64,000 nucleotides of DNA. Source: a virus. Lineage: Duplodnaviria > Caudoviricetes. The stretch covers positions 64,001 to 128,000 of IMG/VR virus record IMGVR_UViG_2818991472_000001. The stretch is one strand, 5' to 3'. Below are positions 37,685 through 46,700 of the stretch, in pieces. Each line of letters starts with the position of its first letter. Positions within the stretch are counted from its first letter, which is position 1. The notes beneath the pieces were generated by a model. That model saw only the letters and a list, made by a program, of their open reading frames with translations. It made no database searches and was not told the DNA's origin. Position numbers and translations under genes: made by a program.

Positions 37685-39960
37685 TTGGCGCTCCCGGCGG
37701 CGGGCAGCGGAACGACGGGCATGTGGTAGGTGCGGCCGGAGGCGGCCTCGTGGCGGCGGGTGGCGTCGTCGGCTTCCTGGATGATCTCCTCGCTGGTCTC
37801 CTCCATCAGGGCCTCGAAGACGGCGGCGTCGCTGGCGCCGTCGGGTCCGTCGTAGCCGGTGACCAGGTGGGCGCCGACGCCCAGGAGGGTGCCGTCGGGG
37901 AAGCCGGAGTCGGGGGCGTCCAGGGGCAGGGTGTCCTTGGTGCCGGGCGGGCGGCCCTCGGGGTACCAGCGCTGCTCTCGGCGGGCCGCCTCGCGCTCCA
38001 TGGAGCGGTCGTGGATGCGGACGAAGACGGAGCCGACCATCACGCCGACGGTGAAGAGGTCTTCCCAGTCGGTCATGACCAGGTCGGTGGCGTCGGGGAA
38101 CCAGCGGCGCAGGATCTGCGCGAGGTCGGCGTCCGGGTCGTCCTGCTCCTCCAGAGCGCTCAGCGGGGTGGAGGGGACGGTGAGGGTGACGCCGTGGCGG
38201 AGCTGGAAGATGTGGCTGACACCCGGGTAGGGCAGCGCGGGGGCGGTGGGCAGGAGCATCTGGTAGCGGGCGTTCTTGGGCTCCTTCTGGCCCTTGAAGT
38301 CGTTTCGGTCCAGCCAGCCGGACTCCAGGGTGACCGGGTGGCTGTCGGTTCCGGTGACGGTCCGGCCGGAGTGGTCGACCAGGGTGATCGGCTCGTTGTC
38401 GGGGGTGCGGGCGGCCCGGGAGAGCAGGTGACGGTGGGCCAGGAGGCGGTCGGGCACCTGGTACTGGTCGGACGGGTGGGCGGTGGGCAGGAGGCCGCGC
38501 AGGGCGAGTTCGGCGAGCGCGATGTGCTGGGCGTTGCGCTCGCGCGGGTGGGTCAGCCAGCCGCCGGTGCCGTCGCTGGTGATCTGGGCGACGGCGTCGA
38601 TGTTCTCGGCGTCGTGGACCAGCAGGGCGAGGGAGTCGGGGTGGGAGTTGGGGTCGCGGTAGTCGCCGGGCGGCCAGGCGGCGCCGGGGTCCTCCTCCAT
38701 CAGGTAGGTGGTGCAGCGCAGCAGGTCGCCGGTCAGGGCCTCGGCCAGGGTGCCGGTGTGGTGCTGGGCGAATCCGGCGAGGGCGGTGGCGGGCTTGCCG
38801 CCGAGGGCGGCGACGGCACGGCACCACCACACCAGGCGGACGGCGGGGCGGCTGGTGCGGTCGAGGCCGTAGGAGAGGGCGCGGGTGGGGGCCTGGGGGC
38901 TGCGGGAGAGTCGGGCCTTGAGGCGGGCGGGGAGGGTGCGCAGCAGCTCGCTGTCGATCTCGGCCTGCGGGATCGGCAGGCCGTTGATCAGGCTGGTGCC
39001 GATCTGCTGCACGCGGGGGCGCTTGCTGTCGTCGCCGGTGTGCCAGTGGCGGATGGAGCTGTGCAGCAGGTTGACGGTGTCGCCGTAGCGGTTGGCTGCC
39101 TGGCCGAGGAGGGTCTGGGTGCCGTTGCGGCTGACCTGGCCGACGACGACGTGGACGGGCAGGGCGATGACGGAGGCGAGGTGGCGCGCGGTCTCGCGCA
39201 GGATCTCGTCCTTGGCTTCGCAGGCGGTGCGCAGGGTGGTGACCACGCGGAGCAGGGCCGGGCGGTCGAGGTTCCAGGCGGCGTCCATGTCGGCCGGGTC
39301 GATGTTCAGGCGCTGCAGCATCTCGGGGCGCTGCAGGGTGGTGCGGGTGGCGTAGTAGCGGCGCATGCCGTCGGCGATGCGCAGCCGGTGGTCGGCCGGG
39401 GAGCCGTCCTTGAAGGTGAGGGTCTGCGGGATGACGACGAGGGGGGTGTGGATGCCGCCCTCGTCCGCCATGATCCACAGGTCGCTGTCGGGGTCCTCCT
39501 GCTGCTCGTAGATCCGGGCGTTGTCCGCGAGGTGCCAGTTGCGGTCGGCGAGGTTGGGCCAGGCGATGGTGGCGCCGCCGCTGGTCTCCTCGACCGTGCT
39601 CCTGCTGGGCAGCGGGGGTACCGTGCCGCCGGAGCTGGAACGGGTGAGCTTCTTGGTGATGTGCCGCTGGATCTCGTCGGCCGGGGGGCACAGCCACGGT
39701 GCCCACATCCGGGTGGTGAGGATCAGCAGGCTCTTGCCCTGGATGGTGGACAGGCCCGCCAGCGGCTGGGTGAGCTGGACGCGGACGGCGGCCGGGTCGG
39801 TGCTCGCCTGGGCGAGCGCCGTGCTGGTGTCCTCGTCGAGCTGGAGGGTGCTCTGGAGGCGCTGGGCGAGCTTGCGGACCGCGTCGGCCTTGGCGGGCAG
39901 CGGCGGCAGCTCGAAGGTCCCGTAGCCGAAGGTGGACGGGGTGTCGTCGATGGACGTCAT
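37681..39960 (-). CDS. large protein with ParB/Srx-like N-terminal domain
   Basis: GGIHTPLVV...RIADGMRRY resembles the ParB-N G..QP...DG.RR motif. Confidence 0.55.
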   Translation of the reverse strand: MTSIDDTPSTFGYGTFELPPLPAKADAVRKLAQRLQSTLQLDEDTSTALAQASTDPAAVRVQLTQPLAGLSTIQGKSLLILTTRMWAPWLCPPADEIQRHITKKLTRSSSGGTVPPLPSRSTVEETSGGATIAWPNLADRNWHLADNARIYEQQEDPDSDLWIMADEGGIHTPLVVIPQTLTFKDGSPADHRLRIADGMRRYYATRTTLQRPEMLQRLNIDPADMDAAWNLDRPALLRVVTTLRTACEAKDEILRETARHLASVIALPVHVVVGQVSRNGTQTLLGQAANRYGDTVNLLHSSIRHWHTGDDSKRPRVQQIGTSLINGLPIPQAEIDSELLRTLPARLKARLSRSPQAPTRALSYGLDRTSRPAVRLVWWCRAVAALGGKPATALAGFAQHHTGTLAEALTGDLLRCTTYLMEEDPGAAWPPGDYRDPNSHPDSLALLVHDAENIDAVAQITSDGTGGWLTHPRERNAQHIALAELALRGLLPTAHPSDQYQVPDRLLAHRHLLSRAARTPDNEPITLVDHSGRTVTGTDSHPVTLESGWLDRNDFKGQKEPKNARYQMLLPTAPALPYPGVSHIFQLRHGVTLTVPSTPLSALEEQDDPDADLAQILRRWFPDATDLVMTDWEDLFTVGVMVGSVFVRIHDRSMEREAARREQRWYPEGRPPGTKDTLPLDAPDSGFPDGTLLGVGAHLVTGYDGPDGASDAAVFEALMEETSEEIIQEADDATRRHEAASGRTYHMPVVPLPAAGSAK

Positions 39961-40314
39961 CAGAGGTCACGTCGTTTCTGCCACGACGCACGGACGGCCG
40001 GAACCGGGGGTTCGACGGACGGTGCGATGAGTGTGGCGTAGGCAAGCGGGTCAGGGTTCCCTGCGGAGGGCCTGGCCGGTCACCGCGACGGTCCCCAACG
40101 TGGTCGGGGCGTGGCCGGAGGCGAAGCGGAACGGGTCCGAAGGGGCCTGCCACGAGCTGCTGGTCCTTCCGGCTGAACCGGACGCGGACGGGGCAGCGGC
40201 TCGACGGCTGCACCGCCAACGATAGACCACACCGGCCGCTGGAGCGCAAGTCCCCAGGTCGACGGCCAAGCCGAAGTTGCCCGTGGGCAGTTCGTGATCT
40301 GCCAAGCTGTCTCC

Positions 40315-40914
40315 ATGACCGAGACGACGTTCCCCTACCGGCTGGCCGACAGCTCCGGCGAGGGCTGGCTGCACACCGGCGACGGCCTCTACAGCACGTT
40401 CCCCCGCACCGACCTGGGCGACATGGAGTACGACCAACTCGTCTCCGAGCGAGGCCCGTTGAGGGAGATCGCCCCCGAGTCGGCCGAGGACAGCCAGGCC
40501 ATCCAGGAGGCCCTCACCGCAGCGGGGAAGAAGGCCGTGATCACCCTGCTCGCCGCCCTCTACGCGACTGCCCGCAAGGTGATGGACCAGAGCGGCGGCC
40601 GGATCGCGGTCATGACGGCCGGTCGCCCCGGCTCCTGGGAGGCCGACCGGCTCAGGAACCTGATCTGGGAGGGCGACGGCGTCAAGCCCAGCCGCGTCGA
40701 CCAGGCCGCCCTGGACACGCTGACCGGCATCTTTGAGCGCTGGGTCCTCACCGGCGACACCGTGGTGGAGATGGCCGAGAACCTCGCTGGCGACGTCGCC
40801 CAGGTCGCCGGGAAGATCGGCGGCTGGAACGCGATCACCGACCAGTGGGTCCGCAGCGCCCAGTACGCCGAGAGTCTCGGGACCTGGCTGGTCGGCGCCG
40901 ACTACCACTCGTGA
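40315..40914 (+). CDS. hypothetical protein
   Basis: GC3-rich ORF from MTETT. Confidence 0.65.
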   Translation: MTETTFPYRLADSSGEGWLHTGDGLYSTFPRTDLGDMEYDQLVSERGPLREIAPESAEDSQAIQEALTAAGKKAVITLLAALYATARKVMDQSGGRIAVMTAGRPGSWEADRLRNLIWEGDGVKPSRVDQAALDTLTGIFERWVLTGDTVVEMAENLAGDVAQVAGKIGGWNAITDQWVRSAQYAESLGTWLVGADYHS

Positions 40915-41084
40915 ACAGGGCGCGAGCCAGTAACTCCGCCTGAAAGTCGGCGACTTGGAGGGGCAGGCCGATTCTTGCCCCTCCGGCCCGCTTCGGTGCT
41001 ATGGTCCTCGCCGAGGGACGGAAGCCCCGTTCCTCACCCCGCTGATCCAGGGACGGAAACCCCGTTCCGAGGAAGGACCCAGCC

Positions 41085-41735
41085 ATGCAGCTGGAGGAGA
41101 TCACCGTCCGCGCTCTGACGGACGACGAGATCAAGGCCCTCACCCCCGAGGACGTCATCTACGTCCCGGACCCCGATTTCAAGCACGACCCGTTCAAGCA
41201 CGACTCCGACCCCAACCCTCTGATCCTGATCCTGGTCGAGGCGCGACGTGCCGAGCGCGGTGAGTACTACCTGAAGCAGGGCAGCCTGCAGGTCCAGAAC
41301 ATCTACGGCGTCGAGTACTGGGTACCGGCCACGCAGGTGTTCACCGCCGACCCCGACGGTCAGGCGATGCCCAAGTTCTCCACCGCCGGAACGAACCTCT
41401 CCCTCGCCCTGTACATCCCCGGCATGAGCGAGGAGGAGGCCAAGACCGCCGTCTTCGACGCGCTGCGGGCCAAGTTCGGTGCTGGCGTTGTCCAGGTGTG
41501 GAACGCCCGGACCCGGCCCGTGAAGGACCTGCGCTACGACGTCTACGAGGAGAAGATGGTCTACCAGCCCGGCCCCTCCAAGAAGGACCCCGGCACCTAC
41601 GTTGCAACGCGGGTCCGAACGGTCGCCAACGGCGTCCTGGGCGGGCAGGTCCAGTACCTTCGCGGGCAGAACGCTGGCACCAGGCTCGTCACTGAAATCC
41701 ATATCCCCGCAGAAAGCGTCACCGAGACGATCTGA
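41085..41735 (+). CDS. hypothetical protein
   Basis: GGAAGGA RBS, strong codon bias. Confidence 0.7.
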   Translation: MQLEEITVRALTDDEIKALTPEDVIYVPDPDFKHDPFKHDSDPNPLILILVEARRAERGEYYLKQGSLQVQNIYGVEYWVPATQVFTADPDGQAMPKFSTAGTNLSLALYIPGMSEEEAKTAVFDALRAKFGAGVVQVWNARTRPVKDLRYDVYEEKMVYQPGPSKKDPGTYVATRVRTVANGVLGGQVQYLRGQNAGTRLVTEIHIPAESVTETI

Positions 41736-41886
41736 TCGGCACGGATTCCCCAATGATGGGGAATCGCATTTCCACACGGGGAAATGGTGTGGTGCACTTT
41801 CCCACGCAGTGACGAGTTCGGGTGCCATCCCTGGTCCGGCTCAGCTGGTGGGGCCGGAGGTGGTAGCCCGGCCCCACCAGCGGCAT

Positions 41887-42819
41887 TTAACGCTGCCAGG
41901 GTTCGAGTTCCGGTTCGACGTTCTTCCAGGCCACGATCCCGAGCGATGCACTGCCGGGGCCCCACGGTTCCTTGCGGGCCCGGGTGGCGTAGCCGTCCTC
42001 CCGCAGGGTGGCGGTGATGAGGGTCTGGGCTTCCGTCCAGTGCTCCTGGTAGCGGGCGAGCTGCGGGTCGGGGAACCAGGCGACGTGGGCGCAGTCGACG
42101 GCGCCCAGGGGCCGCAGGGTGGGCTTCAGGTCCCATACGACGCAGCCCTTCCCGATCCGGGACGGGACCTTCTCCAGCGGGCGCTCCCCGTACACGTAGT
42201 TCTGCATCATCAGCCGAGCGGCTTCGAGGACGCGGCGCACGCGCTCCTGCTCGTAGGCGGCCTTGTTGATGCCGTACTCAAAGTTCGGCCGGGCGGGACC
42301 GTAGGTGGCCCAGGCGTTCGCGGGCTTCCTGGGGGGCTCCACGCCGGGCGCCATCCGGTAGACGAGGATCTCGGCTCCGGGGTGGTGGGTCGGGGTCCAG
42401 AGGTCGCTGTGGAACTCGGCGACGTAGCCGAGGGACTCCAGGGCGGCCACCGTGGCGGCGATCCGCTTCTCCCAGTGCGCAGCGGCCCCGGTCGGGATCG
42501 TGCGCTTGCGGTAGTCGTTGCTGTACTGGGGGCGGTGGGCGACGTCGGGGTACCAGTTGACCACCACGCACAGCTCCGCCCCGTCCGGCCAGCACTCCTC
42601 GGGTGCCTGGAGCGCCTGGCACCAGCCGAGGCCCTTCGGGAGGACCCGGTGGCCTTGGGCGTCCACACCTTCGCCGAGGCCGAGTCGCATCAGGTCCTCG
42701 TTCACGATGTGCCTGGCGCCGAACGGCCGGACCGGTTCGTACGGGGGCTCGTCGTCCTGCTGCTGGGGCTTGGGCTCCGACGTCTCGGCGGGTTCGCCGT
42801 CCTTCACGATTCTCAGCAT
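41887..42819 (-). CDS. hypothetical protein with two divergent copies of the repeated module
   Basis: ...VAALESLGY and ...ATLREDGY module ends. Confidence 0.65.
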   Translation of the reverse strand: MLRIVKDGEPAETSEPKPQQQDDEPPYEPVRPFGARHIVNEDLMRLGLGEGVDAQGHRVLPKGLGWCQALQAPEECWPDGAELCVVVNWYPDVAHRPQYSNDYRKRTIPTGAAAHWEKRIAATVAALESLGYVAEFHSDLWTPTHHPGAEILVYRMAPGVEPPRKPANAWATYGPARPNFEYGINKAAYEQERVRRVLEAARLMMQNYVYGERPLEKVPSRIGKGCVVWDLKPTLRPLGAVDCAHVAWFPDPQLARYQEHWTEAQTLITATLREDGYATRARKEPWGPGSASLGIVAWKNVEPELEPWQR

Positions 42820-42876
42820 GACGGCATTGTGAATCATTCTCGGAAGGTTCTTCAACGATTCCAGAAAGTACGACTG

Positions 42877-42904
42877 CCGTGGGATTGCATATGCAATCCC
42901 ACGG
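42877..42904. repeat. 28-bp perfect palindrome
   Basis: CCGTGGGATTGCATATGCAATCCCACGG between divergent genes. Confidence 0.9.
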
Positions 42905-42969
42905 GACTTATGGGTTCCGGAAAGGCCAAATGGGTGACACTCGCTACTCGCCTCGGTACACTACTTGCC

Positions 42970-43344
42970 ATGTTCGACGGACTCCGGAAGAGAATTGATC
43001 GCTGGCTAGCAGAGAAAGAAGCCAATCCCCCTCCGTTCCCACCGGAATTCTACGTAACCGATAGAGGAATTCGATTCCGCTCATGGCTCCTCGTCAGTAC
43101 ATTCTTTACGGGATTGGCGGCCGTAACGGGAGCCCTGGTCTACTTCGCTTTGTCTCTGCTCTTCATCGTGCTCTCCCCTAATCTCGCAACCGCCATGGAG
43201 GACTACTGGGAAACGGTTCTCTTTTCGTTTCTCGTCGGGGTCCTTTTCATGGTGCGCCATGGCAGTGAGATCGTCGACGGGCTTCTGTGGCAGGGAGCCA
43301 AGAAGGCGGCAGCACGGTATTCCGAGGAGCCGGAGGAAGAGTAG
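42970..43344 (+). CDS. lower-GC two-TM membrane protein
   Basis: MFDGLRK start; hydrophobic segments; atypical codon usage. Confidence 0.6.
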   Translation: MFDGLRKRIDRWLAEKEANPPPFPPEFYVTDRGIRFRSWLLVSTFFTGLAAVTGALVYFALSLLFIVLSPNLATAMEDYWETVLFSFLVGVLFMVRHGSEIVDGLLWQGAKKAAARYSEEPEEE

Positions 43345-43419
43345 GTAGCCCGTGATCGCGGTAGCCTCCATCGGACCGACCTTCCAGCAGCTAACACCAT
43401 CTCAGACAGCGGAGCAGCC

Positions 43420-44037
43420 ATGTCCGACAAGGCAGAGGACCACCCGGACGTGCAGCGGCTCCTCGCTGCGTACCAGCGGCTGCAGGAGACCAGCCTCACC
43501 TTGCTGGCACTGACCGCCCAGATCAGCGACCTCGGCCCCTACGGTACCGAGGAGCTGCCAGACGCCCTGACGGCACTGCGCTCGCTCGTGGAGCAGGAGT
43601 TCTACGTCCACGAGTTGGCAGAGGTTCTGCGGTCGGTCTCCTGCGCCTATACCGTCGACCCGCTCGCCGCCCTGCGCCTGGGCGGCGAGGACCCGTTGGC
43701 GCTGACGGGGGCCATCATGATGATCCGGGGCACGCTCAGCCAGCTCGATGAGCTGGGTGAGCTGTTTCAACTTCCGGTCCTCACCGTGAAGTTGCCGGTC
43801 GACCTCGGCTGGGAGCAGCGCCAGCCCGGGGGCTGCCGGTGCGCCTGCCAGTTCTTCCACCAGGCACCCGGGGTCTGCCTGCGGGCCGGGCAGCCGGGCC
43901 TGTTCGTCCGGGTGGTCTCCAGGCAGGTCTTCTCCCCCGAGCCCGCCGAGGTCGAGACCGGCATGGTGGTGGTGTGCCTGGACTGCTACCAGGCCATCGC
44001 CGCCCGGCAGGACGGCGTGGCCTCCGGTCAGCAGTAG
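43420..44037 (+). CDS. hypothetical protein with Cys/His-rich C-terminus
   Basis: GGAG RBS; CRC...H....C...CLDC. Confidence 0.65.
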   Translation: MSDKAEDHPDVQRLLAAYQRLQETSLTLLALTAQISDLGPYGTEELPDALTALRSLVEQEFYVHELAEVLRSVSCAYTVDPLAALRLGGEDPLALTGAIMMIRGTLSQLDELGELFQLPVLTVKLPVDLGWEQRQPGGCRCACQFFHQAPGVCLRAGQPGLFVRVVSRQVFSPEPAEVETGMVVVCLDCYQAIAARQDGVASGQQ

Positions 44038-44637
44038 GTCAGGCGACGGTCTCGCCCGCCTCCCAGGCCGCCGCGACCGTGTCCTGGTCCACGTCCGGCG
44101 CGAGCTTCGCCCGCCGCATGTCCTCGCACCGCACGTCGGCGCTCAGGAGCGCGATCGTCTCGCCGTCGCCGTCGTACAGCTCGAACGAGTGGCCGTCCCA
44201 CTCCTCCGGGACGGCTCCCGAGAGGGTGCCGAAGTCCCCGCCGCTGATCTTCTCGCCGTCGCTCGGGCGCAGCACGATGTACGCGCGCAGGATGACGACG
44301 TCCGGGTTCGTCTTCTTGGCCATGCCGAGTAAGCCCCTTCCTGGGGTGATGTGGTGGAGGTGGTCGGCGATCACCGACAGCACTGACGCTACGCATCGAG
44401 CCCCTGTGCTTCAACTGTCCTCACACCGCAGGAATTTGGCCGCTCGGAGGGGAAGATCGCTGCTCTGGCTGCCCCGAAGCAGCGCCTGGTGGCGGTGCTG
44501 GATGCGGCTCGGCTGCCATCAGACGCAACGCACGACGCTTCAGGTCCCCGCAGCTCGACCCGCCTTGAATGTCACCGTTCTATAACGATGAGATCCGCCC
44601 CTCGCGCAGCAGTAGGTCAGGTGACCGTCTCGCCCGC
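44029..44637. repeat. 31-bp direct repeat (44029-44059 and 44607-44637) flanking a one-gene cassette
   Basis: CAGCAGTAGGTCAGGYGACSGTCTCGCCCGC, 2 mismatches. Confidence 0.8.
44039..44323 (-). CDS. small acidic hypothetical protein
   Basis: AGGAAGGGG upstream of MAKKT. Confidence 0.6.
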   Translation of the reverse strand: MAKKTNPDVVILRAYIVLRPSDGEKISGGDFGTLSGAVPEEWDGHSFELYDGDGETIALLSADVRCEDMRRAKLAPDVDQDTVAAAWEAGETVA

Positions 44638-45348
44638 ATACCAGTTCTCCGAGGAGGTGAAGTGCCATGTCCAGGGGACTGTCCGGCATGCGTAGATCCG
44701 GCGCTCCCGTCGTGCCTCGTTGCCGCGCACGTCGTGCAGGATCTTGAATTCGAGAAGCTGCTGTTCGGCCTGGTCCCACGTAAAGGGGATCTTCCCGCAC
44801 ACGCAGCGGCTGGGCTTCTGAGCCTGGCCGCTCCTGTCCCATGCCTCCAGGGCGTCGTCGCACCACGTCGTCAGGGGGGTGATTTGCTCAGCAGCAGCAG
44901 CATTCAGTTGGGTGGAGATGGCGATGTTGCGCTGCGCTGAGTCTCCAGCCTCCTCCACCACAGTGAGCCGTGCCCCCATCTGCAGGGCCTTCGAAGCTGC
45001 CTGTGCAATGAGCGTCTCGATCTGAGGCGATCGGGAGCGGAGGCGGACGGCGCTTCCGGCGAGGAGGCGGTTCCATGCCAGTGCGGACGTGTGGCGCGAG
45101 AAGTGCATCTGGATGGGTACTGGAGCCGTGATCCGCAGCATGGTCGCCAGGGCGCAGACAACCTCCAAGGTCTCCAGATCCGCACACAGCCCCATATCGG
45201 CGACTAGATGCCTGGTCTTATTCCGATGCGTGTAGCTGCGTACGACGTGGACTTTCCCGGCGCCTTCGCTCCAGATTCCGCGCACCCTGACGCGCTGGCC
45301 GTTCCGGAGCTGCTTTTGGCGGCTGATTCGTGGGTGAATCATTTGCAT
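44617..45348 (-). CDS. hypothetical protein with C-terminal CGK...Y.C...WH.TS zinc-finger-like motif
   Basis: motif familiar from actinophage proteins; lower GC. Confidence 0.6.
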   Translation of the reverse strand: MQMIHPRISRQKQLRNGQRVRVRGIWSEGAGKVHVVRSYTHRNKTRHLVADMGLCADLETLEVVCALATMLRITAPVPIQMHFSRHTSALAWNRLLAGSAVRLRSRSPQIETLIAQAASKALQMGARLTVVEEAGDSAQRNIAISTQLNAAAAEQITPLTTWCDDALEAWDRSGQAQKPSRCVCGKIPFTWDQAEQQLLEFKILHDVRGNEARRERRIYACRTVPWTWHFTSSENWYAGETVT

Positions 45349-45479
45349 GAAGGCGATTATCTAGCACCAATCCAGTCGGCATCGGGGGTTTCACGAAACA
45401 TCCCATCCTTTCCAGAAATGAAATATAGAGAGTTGATAATCAAATCCTCTCGATGGGACCGGAGAGCCGCCTTGGATGT

Positions 45480-45531
45480 TACTCATGAGTAGCTTGCGGT
45501 AATGGAGGTTACCGCAGGCTACTCATGAGTA
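45480..45531. other. putative tyrosine-recombinase target site (lox/dif-like)
   Basis: 23-bp inverted arms (1 mismatch) around asymmetric 6-bp spacer TGGAGG, 53 bp before the recombinase start. Confidence 0.7.
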
Positions 45532-45583
45532 GCCTGTAGCGTGGGCTGGACATGGTTCCATCTCACGCCCTTGAGGACCGCCG

Positions 45584-46678
45584 GTGACCGCCACCGAGAT
45601 CGTCGACGCCGAGCTGGTCGACGAGCAGCCGCCCGAGGCTCCGCCGCTGCGCGGGACCTCCCTCGTCGTCGCCGACGGCCGGGCTGGAACGCGCCCGGGT
45701 CTGTCCGACGCGGCCCGGCGCCGCCTGGAGCAGTCCACCCCGGAGGAGACGCGCCGCGCCTACCAGCGCGAGTGGAACCGGTTCTTCGCCTGGTGCTGGA
45801 AGAACGCCGTCCGGCCGCTGCCGTGCACCGACGACGACCTGTCCAACTGGGTGGCCGAGCGGTGTGATAGCAGCGACGGCATCTCCGCGATCCGGCAGGG
45901 CATCGGCGCCGTGGTGATGGCGCACGAGACCCGCTACGGAGTCGGCAAGGGGCCCAAGACGAAGGAGAGTTGGCGCATCCTCTCCTCCTACAAGCGCGAG
46001 CGGTTCGACGCCGGGCACCGCGCCGACCAGGCCGCCACCTTCAACGCCGACCAGCTGCGCGAGATGCTGCTCACCATCCCGAACGACCACCCGGCCGGGG
46101 TCCGCGACCGGGCCCTGCTGTGCACCATGGTGGCGTCCATGAACCGGCGCAAAGCCTGGAACTCCCTGGACATCGAAGACGTGACCGAGGACGAGCTGGA
46201 CCCCGAGTCGGCCGACCAGGAGCTGCTGGCCGACCTGCGGGCGTTCGTCGGCCGTTCCAAGACCGACCAGGCCGCCCGGGGGCGCACGGTCGTGATCCCG
46301 CCCGGCGAGCACGAGCTGTCGGACCCGGTGGGGAACCTGCAGGCGTGGCTGTGCGAGATGGGCGTCCAGGGCGTCACCACCGGCCCGCTGTGGCGGCCTT
46401 TCAGCCGGGGCGGGCGCATCCTCGACCGGCGCCTGAACACCGACCACGCCCGCCTCCTGGTCCGCGACGCCGCTGCCCGCGCTGGGCTCAAGGCCCCGCA
46501 CGGGCGCACGTTCAAGGCCCACTCCACCCGGGCCTCCGCCGTCCGCATCGCCCGCAAGGCTGGGAAGACCTGGTCGTCGATCGAGGAGCAGGGCGGCTGG
46601 GTGCCCGGCTCCACGGCTGCCAAGGGATACGACCGGCCGGAGGAGGAGGAGAACGCGATGCGCGGAGCGGGCCTGTGA
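45584..46678 (+). CDS. Cre-like tyrosine recombinase
   Basis: T.RAY...W..F..WC core-binding domain; RDRALL...RR; RSKTDQ..G; HSTR; QGGW...S....Y. Confidence 0.9.
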   Translation: MTATEIVDAELVDEQPPEAPPLRGTSLVVADGRAGTRPGLSDAARRRLEQSTPEETRRAYQREWNRFFAWCWKNAVRPLPCTDDDLSNWVAERCDSSDGISAIRQGIGAVVMAHETRYGVGKGPKTKESWRILSSYKRERFDAGHRADQAATFNADQLREMLLTIPNDHPAGVRDRALLCTMVASMNRRKAWNSLDIEDVTEDELDPESADQELLADLRAFVGRSKTDQAARGRTVVIPPGEHELSDPVGNLQAWLCEMGVQGVTTGPLWRPFSRGGRILDRRLNTDHARLLVRDAAARAGLKAPHGRTFKAHSTRASAVRIARKAGKTWSSIEEQGGWVPGSTAAKGYDRPEEEENAMRGAGL

Positions 46679-46700
46679 CCCGCCCCGCGCACCCGGCGCC

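Noticed and set aside
36101-40249. 1382-aa ORF (and the 1336-aa ORF 21042..25052) as single giant proteins
   Set aside because: N-terminal parts are R/P-rich off-frame readings overlapping real genes; better starts are 37684 and 23879.
45355-45400. CTAGCACCA...GTTTCACGAAAC as a twelfth promoter copy or a parS site
   Set aside because: Spacing is off and the TTGCG -35 is missing; it is two bases short of the GTTTCACGTGAAAC parS palindrome.
45480-45531. Protelomerase (hairpin telomere) site
   Set aside because: The central spacer is asymmetric and the adjacent enzyme has Cre-like rather than TelN-like motifs.
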